64,000 bases of DNA, taken from positions 416,001 to 480,000 of the forward strand of contig CAVVHE010000005.1 of assembly GCA_963748015.1 (NCBI GenBank), in the 5' to 3' direction. The stretch is from Terriglobia bacterium. Lineage in GTDB: Bacteria > Acidobacteriota > Polarisedimenticolia > Polarisedimenticolales > JAIQFR01. Position 1 is the stretch's first letter. Every line of letters begins with the position of its first letter. The notes beneath the pieces were generated by a model. It did no database searches. It was not told the DNA's origin and saw only the letters and a program-made list of their open reading frames with translations. Positions 1-8,384 of the stretch are shown here, in pieces. A program made the translations under genes and the position numbers.

Positions 1-29
1 CGCCGAGCCCGCGTCGGCTCTGTTTTTCA

Positions 30-58
30 TTGACACGTCACCCAATTGCGAGTACCTT
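30..58 (+). promoter_or_regulatory. Putative sigma-70 promoter of the Hcp-like gene
   Basis: TTGACA (30-35), 17-bp spacer, TACCTT (53-58), upstream of the ATG at 115. Confidence 0.55.
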
Positions 59-114
59 TACACGTTTCCTGCTACAGGATAGGTGGTTTTGTGGCTGCGG
101 GGAGAACTAAAAAG

Positions 115-648
115 ATGAGAAATGGGCGAATTCTACTCCTGGGCGCATTGATCGTGATGAGCCTGTCGGCGGTTGGCCGCGCCGAAGCGGCGATGGACAT
201 GGTCCTCAATATCCCGGGCATCCCGGGCGATTCAACTCTTCCCGGCTACGAAAATCAAATCAAGGTGCTCGCCTGGTCCTGGGGGGCCAGCAACGCCGCG
301 TCGTGCAGTTTTCCGACCGGCAAGCTTAGTCTGCAGGACTTGTCTTTTACCAAGTACTTCGACGTGGCCTCTACCGTCCTCCTCACCAGGATGAAGGACA
401 CCACGGTCATCCCGTCGGCGACGCTCACTATGGTCCCCGTAGGGACTTCCGCACCCTCTGAAACGATAGCCCTTAGCAACATTATTGTCAGTTCCGTCTC
501 CACCGGCGGAAGCGGTGGCGAGGACCGCTTGACGGAGAACGTGTCTTTCAATTTCTCCCAGGCGGTCATCACGTACTACTGTGTGGGCGGTAAGGGTGCT
601 CCCTGCAATTCGGTGACCGTCACAGTCGCGGGCTGCCCCGCTCAGTAG
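115..648 (+). CDS. hcp: Hcp (type VI secretion tube)-fold protein with N-terminal signal peptide
   Basis: IPGDS..GYENQIKVLAWSWG, DLSFTKYFDVAS, NIIVSSVSTGGSGGEDRLTENVSFNF are Hcp1-family motifs. GGAGA RBS at 101-105 supports the ATG at 115. Leader MRNGRILLLGALIVMSLSAVGRAEA ends in AxA. Confidence 0.8.
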   Translation: MRNGRILLLGALIVMSLSAVGRAEAAMDMVLNIPGIPGDSTLPGYENQIKVLAWSWGASNAASCSFPTGKLSLQDLSFTKYFDVASTVLLTRMKDTTVIPSATLTMVPVGTSAPSETIALSNIIVSSVSTGGSGGEDRLTENVSFNFSQAVITYYCVGGKGAPCNSVTVTVAGCPAQ

Positions 649-658
649 GCGCAGCTCC

Positions 659-1465
659 ATGAAATCGTACGCCACGCGACTCGCGCAGCGCGTCGTCCCC
701 CTGGCCTTGGCGGTCGGCCTGGCCTGCGGTTCGAGCCCGGCGGCCACGGTCGACACGGAAGCCCGCGCGAAGTCCCTCCGTGCGTTCAGGCTCGAGCAGC
801 TGCGCCGGCAGATCGTGCCTCAGTCGCCAGGTGATGAGTTCATCGCGGTGAAACCCGTGAGCGCCGTGAGCGCGGCCGCGCTGTTCGAGCGCATGACAGG
901 TCGACGCGTTCCGGGATCCGTGAGCCCCGTCGAAGACGACCTCCTGGTGTCGGTGACGAAGACGATCTACGAGACGCTCGCCGAGACTTCGGAGTCCTGT
1001 TGCCGGTGCACCGACGCGGCGATCTGCAACGATCAACTGTTCTGCAACGGAACCGAGATCTGTCAGGGCAACCTCTGCGCCCCCGGCCCGGCTCCCTGCG
1101 ACGACGGCCTAGCGTGCTCGACGGACACCTGCACCGAAAACACCGACACGTGCACACACGAGCCACCACCACCCGCTGAAGTGGCCTCGCTCGACGTCGG
1201 CCGCAGCGCGCCGGCATCCCCGGTGGCCACGCTCGCCTGGTCGAGCGTATCAGGTGCCGCCTCGTACAACGTCTTCCGTGGCGCCTTGGCCGGGCTGGGC
1301 GATCTGGCCTGCTTCACCTCCGGCGTGACCGGAACGTCCCAGAACGACGACGGCGCGGTGCCGGCGAGGGCGTACTACTACCTCGTCACGTCGGTGGCCT
1401 GCGGCCAATCGGGGCTCGGCTACGGCCGGCCCAACCCGCGTCCGTTGCCCCCCACCTGCCCGTAG
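659..1465 (+). CDS. Secreted/lipoprotein Cys-rich protein with CNDxxFCNG/CDDGxxC repeats and a C-terminal 'CP-stop' domain
   Basis: Hydrophobic leader with LAC lipobox-like motif; CNDQLFCNGTEIC and CDDGLACSTDTC repeats; terminal FN3-like segment. Confidence 0.7.
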   Translation: MKSYATRLAQRVVPLALAVGLACGSSPAATVDTEARAKSLRAFRLEQLRRQIVPQSPGDEFIAVKPVSAVSAAALFERMTGRRVPGSVSPVEDDLLVSVTKTIYETLAETSESCCRCTDAAICNDQLFCNGTEICQGNLCAPGPAPCDDGLACSTDTCTENTDTCTHEPPPPAEVASLDVGRSAPASPVATLAWSSVSGAASYNVFRGALAGLGDLACFTSGVTGTSQNDDGAVPARAYYYLVTSVACGQSGLGYGRPNPRPLPPTCP

Positions 1466-1525
1466 TCCCATCCGTCCGGAGTCGACCGGAGACGGGGCGA
1501 CGGTAACCAAGAGCGGACGCCGACC

Positions 1526-1790
1526 GTGCTGAGGAGATCGCTCTTCACGATCGCGCCGCTCCTGGCGATAGTCAACCTGGCCGCCGCGTCGGAACCGAAG
1601 CTCGTCCTTCTCGGCACCGCCGGCCGATCGACGCCGAAGCGGACGCGCTCCACCCCGGCGCAGGCGATCCAGATCGAGGACTCGATCTACGTGGCCGACC
1701 GCGGAAACGGTGTCGGAGGCAGATGGCGCTCGCGGGCTTTCCGCTGCACGATCTCCGCCACGTCTTCGTCACCCATCACCTGTCCCTCGC
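1526..1790 (+). pseudogene. Truncated, frameshifted MBL-fold (RNase Z/arylsulfatase-like) hydrolase remnant
   Basis: Signal peptide, LVLLGTAG and YVADRGNGV; the reading continues in another frame as AGFPLHDLRHVFVTHH and stops just before the tRNA fragment. Confidence 0.65.
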
Positions 1791-1848
1791 CAAAACCCCA
1801 TCCGCGTTGAAACTGAACCAGATCCCTGGTTTGTTGTATCTGGAGGTT

Positions 1849-1889
1849 TGGCTCCCCAGGAAGGACTCGAACCTCCGACCCGGTGGTTA
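1849..1889 (-). tRNA. 3' half of a tRNA, probably tRNA-Asn; att-site-like remnant, not an intact gene
   Basis: Minus strand reads TAACCACCG-GGTC-GGAGG TTCGAGT CCTTC-CTGGGGA-G-CCA: T-arm, acceptor 3' strand, G discriminator and CCA. The 5' half and D-arm are absent. Confidence 0.75.
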
Positions 1890-1924
1890 GCGGTAGGCTT
1901 CACCGCGCCGCGGTGCGAGCGCCA

Positions 1925-4387
1925 TCAGCGCGCCGCCGCCGCGCGCTCCGGCGAGCGTCCCTTCACGTACGTCTCGAGCCAGGTGTCCATCTCCCACAGC
2001 ATGTGGAAGATGTTCTCCTTCGCGGCGTAGCCGTGGCTCTCGTAGGGAAGCAGCACGAGACGCGCGCGGCCGCCGAGCCCCTTGACGGCCTGGAAGAGGC
2101 GCTCGCTCTGCAGCGTGAAGGTCCCGGGATTGTTGTCGGCCTCGCCGTGGATCAGCAGCATCGGCGTCTTGATCTTGTCGGCGTAGTTGAACGGCGACAT
2201 CCGCTCGTAGACCTGCTGCGCCTCCCAGTACGACCGCTCTTCCGACTGGAAGCCGAACGGGGTGAGGCTGCGGTTGTAGGCGCCGCTCCGCGCGATCCCG
2301 GCCGCGAACAGGTCCGAGTGCGCGAGCAGGTTCGCGGTCATGAACGCCCCGTAGGAGTGGCCCATCACCGCCACCCGCTTCGGGTCCACGACGCCCAGGT
2401 CGCCCACCGCCTTGATCGCGGCGCGCGCGTCGGCGACGAGCTGCTCGATGTAGGTGTCGTTCGGCTCCGCCTTCCCCTCGCCGACGATCGGGAACTGCGC
2501 GTTCTGCAGCACGGCGTAGCCGCGCAGCGCCCAGAACACCGGCGACCCCCACGACGGCGTCACGAACTCGTGCGGGGAGCTGTCCACCATCCCCGCCGCC
2601 TTCTTGTCCTTGAACTCGGTCGGGTAGGCCTCCATCAGCATCGGCAGCCGCCCGTCGCGCGCGGGGTCGTACGCCGGGGGCAGGTGCAGGTCGGCCGTCA
2701 GGTCGACACCGTCCTCGCGCTTGTAGTGGATCTTCTTCGTCGTCATGCCCTCGAGCGCCTTGAACGGGTTCGCCACGTAGGTGATCTGCTTCGGCGCCTC
2801 GGTCGTCCCCATCTTGCGAAGGTAGAGGTTGGGGTACTCCTTCGTCCCCTGGATCCGCGTCAGCGCCAGCTTCTTCTGCGGGTCGAGCACGCGCACGATC
2901 TGCTCGTAGGTCTTGATCCCATCGGCACGCCAGAGACGCGTCGCCTTCCCGCTCGCGACCTCCATCTCGTCGAGGAAAGGCCGGTTCCCCTCGGGCGAGT
3001 ACCCCTCGCCCACGAGGTACAGCCTCGACCGGTCCTTGCTCGCGAGGAGCACGTCGCGGCCCGAGACACTCGGCACGGTCACGAACTCCCCCGGCCGGCC
3101 GTAGAGGTCCTCGCGGGAGTACTCGAACAGCACTCTCGGATCGGGATTGTCCTGCCCGGTGAGCACGAGGTATTTCCTGACGTTCCGGTCCTTCCAGCGG
3201 AAGTCGGAGACGATCGCGATGCCCCCTTCGCCCCAGGTGATGTCCCGCAGGCGGTTCGTTGTCGCGCAGAGCGTACCCGGGGTCCCCGCAAAGGGCGCCG
3301 CGAGCTGGTACACGAGGTCACGCTTCGGCACGTCCTTGGCCGGGTCGCCGCCGTCCTGCGCCTCGATCCAAGCGACGGTCGCCGGCGCGTCGTCGCGCCA
3401 CTGGAAATCGCGCCGGCCGGCCTCCGCCGCGTCGAACGCGATCGGGATCGTGTCGGCGAGCGGCTTGTCCGCCAGCTCGGCGACCGTCTTGCCCGCGCGG
3501 TTCGCGACGAACGCCCGGTACGGAAACCGGTCCAGCGGGAACTGGTACGAGAACGGCCGGTGGACCTGCTCGACGAGGAGATGGGCGCCGTCCGGCGAGG
3601 GACGCACCGAGCGGTAGATCCCGGCGGGGAGAACGCCGTCGGACTTCCCGTCGAGCGCGAACCGTCGGACCTCGGTCGCCGCGTAGTGCTCGAACTTCCG
3701 CTCGTCGGCCGGGTTGCGCAGCAGGTCCTGGTAGGTGCGCGCCGGGGCTTTCTTCCCGGCCGCCTCCTGCACGACGGGACCCGTGGGGAGCGTCTTCTCC
3801 TCGGGGTACGGCTCGAGGCTCGGGCGCACGTGGACGTAGATCCCGCTCTCGTCCGGCGACCACTGGTACGGCCGGTCGAGCGCCGCGGAAACGATCGCCG
3901 GGGTGACCGGCTTCGCCTTGCCGGTCGCCGTCTCCGCGATCCACAGCGACATCCCGTCGCGCTCGACCACGAGGAACGACAGGTAGCGCGACCTCGGCGA
4001 GAACGCGTTCCACTCGATGCGCGGCTTCTCGGGGAGCCCCGTCACCGCGACCTTCTTCCCGGTCGCGATCTCGAGGAACTCGATGCCGATGGTGTAGTTC
4101 GTGCGGGCGCGGTTGTGGTTGCGCGGGTTGATGCGCAGCCCCGCGAGCTTGAGCTCGGGCTCGGCCAGCTCCTCGAGCGACTTGAACCCCGGCCTCGTCA
4201 GCACCGCGGCCCACTTGCCTTCGCCGTCCACGACGACCGCCGGCGGCGGGACCACGTCCACCAGCTGCAGGATCTCCTTCGGCGGCTTCTTGTAGGTAAC
4301 GTCTTCCTGCGCCGCAACCTGCGGCACGAGCGCGGCGAGGACGACGAGAAGGGACGCGAGAACGACGACGCGGACCGATCGGTTCAT
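1925..4387 (-). CDS. Secreted S9 family (prolyl oligopeptidase-like, glutamyl endopeptidase-type) serine peptidase
   Basis: Signal peptide, beta-propeller region, GHSYG nucleophile, HGEADNN Asp, ESHGY His. Confidence 0.9.
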   Translation of the reverse strand: MNRSVRVVVLASLLVVLAALVPQVAAQEDVTYKKPPKEILQLVDVVPPPAVVVDGEGKWAAVLTRPGFKSLEELAEPELKLAGLRINPRNHNRARTNYTIGIEFLEIATGKKVAVTGLPEKPRIEWNAFSPRSRYLSFLVVERDGMSLWIAETATGKAKPVTPAIVSAALDRPYQWSPDESGIYVHVRPSLEPYPEEKTLPTGPVVQEAAGKKAPARTYQDLLRNPADERKFEHYAATEVRRFALDGKSDGVLPAGIYRSVRPSPDGAHLLVEQVHRPFSYQFPLDRFPYRAFVANRAGKTVAELADKPLADTIPIAFDAAEAGRRDFQWRDDAPATVAWIEAQDGGDPAKDVPKRDLVYQLAAPFAGTPGTLCATTNRLRDITWGEGGIAIVSDFRWKDRNVRKYLVLTGQDNPDPRVLFEYSREDLYGRPGEFVTVPSVSGRDVLLASKDRSRLYLVGEGYSPEGNRPFLDEMEVASGKATRLWRADGIKTYEQIVRVLDPQKKLALTRIQGTKEYPNLYLRKMGTTEAPKQITYVANPFKALEGMTTKKIHYKREDGVDLTADLHLPPAYDPARDGRLPMLMEAYPTEFKDKKAAGMVDSSPHEFVTPSWGSPVFWALRGYAVLQNAQFPIVGEGKAEPNDTYIEQLVADARAAIKAVGDLGVVDPKRVAVMGHSYGAFMTANLLAHSDLFAAGIARSGAYNRSLTPFGFQSEERSYWEAQQVYERMSPFNYADKIKTPMLLIHGEADNNPGTFTLQSERLFQAVKGLGGRARLVLLPYESHGYAAKENIFHMLWEMDTWLETYVKGRSPERAAAAR

Positions 4388-4423
4388 GTGCGACCTCCGT
4401 GACTGCGAATCCTAGTACACCCG

Positions 4424-4747
4424 GCCGACGGGCGGAGGACTCGGCCGGGAATGTCCGCAGACGGCCCTTTTCCGGGCCGGCGAGGAACATCCCCGGCCGG
4501 GTCCGGAGCCTCGGGCTCGGACCAGCGAGGGCGAGTTGCCGACAGGCGGAGGACACGGCCGGGAATGTCCGCAGACGGCCCTTTCCCGGGCCGGCGAGGA
4601 ACATTCCCGGCCGGGTCCGGAGCCTCGGGCTCGGACCAGCGAGGGCGAGTTGCCGACAGGCGGAGGACACGGCCGGGAATGTCCGCAGACGGCTCTTTTC
4701 CGGGCCGGCGAGGAACATTCCCGGCCGGGTCCGGAGCCTCGGGCTCG
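4424..4747. repeat. Tandem array of ~2.8 copies of a 114-bp palindromic intergenic unit (family 2)
   Basis: Units start at 4424, 4538 and 4652. Each has CGGCCGGGAATGT...ACAT(T/C)CCCGGCCG arms around the core CGCAGACGGCCCTTTTCCGGGCCGGCGAG. Confidence 0.9.
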
Positions 4748-4807
4748 ACCCCACGCGAACGAGGCCGGAAACGCCCGCAGACGCTCCCGGCCTCGTTCGA
4801 GCGCTGC

Positions 4808-7800
4808 CTACTTCTGGACCTTGTACTTCGGCCGCTCCGGCTTCTTCGGCGGATTGGCCTTGAGCTGCTCGAGGGACCACTCGATGGCCCGCTCGAGCTG
4901 CGGGTCGCGTCCCGCCACCATCTCGTGCGGCGCGTTCTCGACGACGATGTCGGGATCGACGCCGTGGTTCTCGACGAGCCACTGGCTGGTCTTCGGGATC
5001 CCACATGCCGAAGTCCGGCATGGTGACGTTGCCGCCGTCCACCAGCGGCAGGCCGTGGCTGATCCCGACCAGCCCGCCCCAGGTCCGCTTGCCGATGACC
5101 GGCCCGATCCCCAGCAGCTTGAAGTAGAACGGGAAGGCGTCGCCGCCCGACCCCGCGTACTCGTTCACGAGGATGCACTTCGGGCCGTCGATCGCCGTCC
5201 CCGGCGTGCGGAAGCCGTTCGCCGTCGCGGTTCGACCAGTAGACCATCGTCGAGCGCCGCAGGCGCTCCACGAAGAAGTCGGGGATGAAGCCGCCGCCGT
5301 TGAAGCGCTCGTCCACGATGATCCCGTTCTTGTCCACCTGCGGGTAGTACTGCTTGGTGAACTCCTGGATCCCCTGCACCGCGGTGTTGGGCACGTGGAT
5401 GTAGGCGATCCGGCCGCCGGTGGCCTTCGACACCTTCTCGCGGTTCGCCTCGACCCAGGCGGTGTAGCGCAGCGAGGCTCGTCGAACATGACGGGCTTGA
5501 CCGTGTACGTGCGGGGCTTCGGGTCGTCGGGAGCGCTGCCGACCGTGATGCGGGTCTGCTTGCCGTCGGTGCCCACGAAGGCGGCGTAGAGGTTCGTCGG
5601 CGCCTTCAGCGGACGGCCGTTCACCGCGAGCAGGTAGTCGCCTTCCTTCACCGCGATGCCCGGCTCGCCGAGCGGAGCGGCGATCCTCCGAGTTCCAGTC
5701 GCGATCGCGGTAGATCGTCTTGAACCGGTACAGGCCGCTCTTCGCGTCGAGCTCGTAGTCGGCGCCCGAGCAGCCCGACGCCCACGCGCTGCACCTGCGG
5801 GGCGTCGCCGCCGCCCACGTAGGTGTGCGAGGTCGCACAGCTCGCCGATCAGCTCGCCGAGGATGTAGTTGAGGTCGGCGCGGTGCGCGACGTAGGGAAC
5901 GAGCTGGCGGTAGCGCTCGCCGACGGCCTTCCAGTCGAGGCCGCCCATGCGCCGGGTCGTAGTAGAAGTCGCGCTCGAGCCGCCACGCCTCGTTGAACAT
6001 CTGCATCCACTCGAGGCGCGGATCCACGGTCGCCATCAGCGTGCCGGCCTCGATCTTCCCGTCGCCGGACTTCTTGCCGTCCGTCGCGTCGACGATGCCG
6101 AACGTCGTCCTTGGAGCGGTAGAGGAGCTTGCCGCCGTCCTTCGAGATGGCGTAGCCGGGCGCCACGCCGGAGAGGATCGTCTTGTCCTCGCGCTTCTCG
6201 AGGTCGAAGTAGGCGATGGACGCGTTCGGGGGAGGGCCGCCGCCGGGGCCGTCGTCGTCCAGGTTGGGCGGTCCCAGCTCGACGAAGACGACCTTGTCCT
6301 TGAAGACGGAGAGCTGGCCGTAGCGGCCGGCGGGGACCGGCAGCTCGGCCTGGCGCGGCGACGAGCCCCTCCAGCTCGATCTCGACCGGCTTCGGCGGCT
6401 CTTCTTGTCCTTCGTGTCCCCGGCCTTTTCGTCCTTCTTCGTGTCGCCGCTCTTGGCCGCAGCGTCGTCCTTCTTGTCGCCGTCGCCTCTTGTCGCCGTC
6501 CTTCGCCCTTGTCCGCGTCGTCCTTCTTCTCCTCGCCGGTCTCCTCGTCGCTCTCGGGCGCGACGGGCGACGCCACGTCGGTCGCTGCAGCGACAGCGGC
6601 GTAGATCTTGTCGGTGGCGCGAGAAGTGGAAGTTGAGCTCGAAGCCGCCGAACTCGGGGTTCAGCGTGCGGCGCGAGACGAAGTACAGGTACTTGCCCTC
6701 GGGATCGAACGCCGGGCCCGAGTCGTCGGTCATGCCCGTCCGACACCGCGGTCGCCTTGCCGTCGTCGAGTCGAGTAGAGCATCAGCTGGCTGAAGCCGG
6801 CGGCGTTCGGCTTGGAGTAGGCGAGCCAGCGCGAGTCGGGCGCCCACGCGTAGTCGAAGATCTCGCCGTCGTCGCCCTTGTCCACCTGGGTCAGCTTCCC
6901 GGTCTCGACGTCGCACCACCAGACCGTCATCGGTCTTGTCGGAGAACGCGAGCTTCTTCGAGTCGGGCGACCAGCGCGGCGCGTAGCGGAAGGTCGCCGC
7001 CGCCCTTCGTGACCTGCCGGTCGGGCGTCTTGCCGTCGGCGCCGATGACGTGGATCTCGTACTCGCCGCGACTGGTCGGAGAGGTAGGCGATCCACTTGC
7101 CGTCGGGCGACCACGCGGGGTCGCGCTCGCGCGCGCCGGGGGTGCTGCGTCAGGTTGCGCACGTCGCCCTTCTCGGCCGGCACCGTGAAGAGGTCGCCGC
7201 GCGCCTCGATCACCGCGCGCTTGGCCGACGGGCGAGAGGTCCGCGGCGCCGAGCCAGCTCCGCGACGTTGCGGTACTCGGCGCGCGTCGCCGGCTTGTCG
7301 TCGGGGACCAGGACGGAGATCTTCGCCGCCTTCTCGCGCGGCCAGGTCCATGACGTAGAGGTAGCCGCCGTTCTCGAAGACGATCGCGTCGCCGCCGATG
7401 CTCGGCCACTTGACGTCGTAGTCGGCGAACTTCGTCACCTGGCGGTGCTGCTTCTTGTCGAGATCGTAGGCCCAGATGTTGGCGGTGCCGGCCGCCGCGG
7501 TCCGAGGCGTAGTAGATGGTGCGGCCGCGCCACATCGGCCACTCGTCCGGACCGTCCCAGTCCGTGATCTTCTCCGACATGTTCTTCGCGAAGTCGTACG
7601 TCCAGATCTCGGGGGCGTTGCCGCCCCGGTAGCGCTTCCAGGTGCGGTTGTCGTAGGACGGGGTGACGAACGCGATCTGCGCTGCCGTCGGGGGAGAACG
7701 ACGCGTAGCCCGCCGTGCGGCAGCGGCAGCAGCTCCTCGAAGCCGCCGGCGGCGGGAACGCGGAAGAAGCGGTCGAACCGCTGCATGGACGAGGCGCGCG

Positions 7801-8194
7801 CCGCGAGCGGATCAGGATCGACTTGCCGTCCGGGTACCACTCGGCCACCGTGTCGTTGCCGGGGTGCCAGGTGAGCCGCGCGGGCTCGCCGCCCTCGACC
7901 GGCACCGTGAACGCGTCGACGTTGCCGTCGTACTCGCGCGGTGAAGGCGATCGTCTTGCCGTCGGGCGAGAACTTGGGGAAGCGCTCGATGCCCTCGTGC
8001 GTCGTCAGCCGGGAGGCGACGCCGCCCGCGCGCGCGACCGTCCAGAGGTCGCCGCCGTAGACGAAGACGATCCGGTCGCCCTGGATGTCGGGCTGGCGCA
8101 ACAGGCGGCATTCCTCGAGCGCCATGGAGGGCGAAACGGCGAGCGTGAGAGCGAGGGTGGCGAGGGCGAGACACGTCAGCGTACGGTGGGCCAT
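4808..8194 (-). pseudogene. Tricorn protease homolog (S41), split by many frameshifts (pseudogene or assembly indels)
   Basis: Tricorn segments lie in successive frames: LLRQPDI..IVFVYGGDLW, PD40 repeats, EAWRLERDFYYDP, PDZ (GDYLLAVNG), IIVDERFNGGG, NEYAGSGGD, GKRTWGG. Confidence 0.85.
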
Positions 8195-8326
8195 GACCCT
8201 GGATCCTCCTTGTGACCGGTTGCGGAAAACGAGCTCCGAGGGTAGACGCGCCGTCTCCGGCGGGTCAACCGGCGGGCAAGTAATACGTTCGACCGCCATC
8301 CGGGGTTCTGGATGGCGTCATCCGGC

Positions 8327-8355
8327 TTGACATCGCGGCAGCCGGGCCGTACAAG
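8327..8355 (+). promoter_or_regulatory. Possible sigma-70 promoter
   Basis: TTGACA-17 bp-TACAAG upstream of the ATG at 8385. Confidence 0.4.
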
Positions 8356-8384
8356 AATCTCGTAGGGATCCAGGCGAGGCACCC

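Noticed and set aside
115..648. Type VI secretion system locus
   Set aside because: No sheath, baseplate, VgrG or membrane-complex genes in the window
1883..4402. Long antisense or alternate-frame ORFs (also 9204-12308, 16492-19365, 23342-26038, 57343-60756)
   Set aside because: Shadow ORFs expected in high-GC DNA; they overlap well-supported genes and lack motifs
4424..4747. CRISPR array
   Set aside because: The units are 114-bp near-identical tandem copies with no unique spacers, and no cas genes are present
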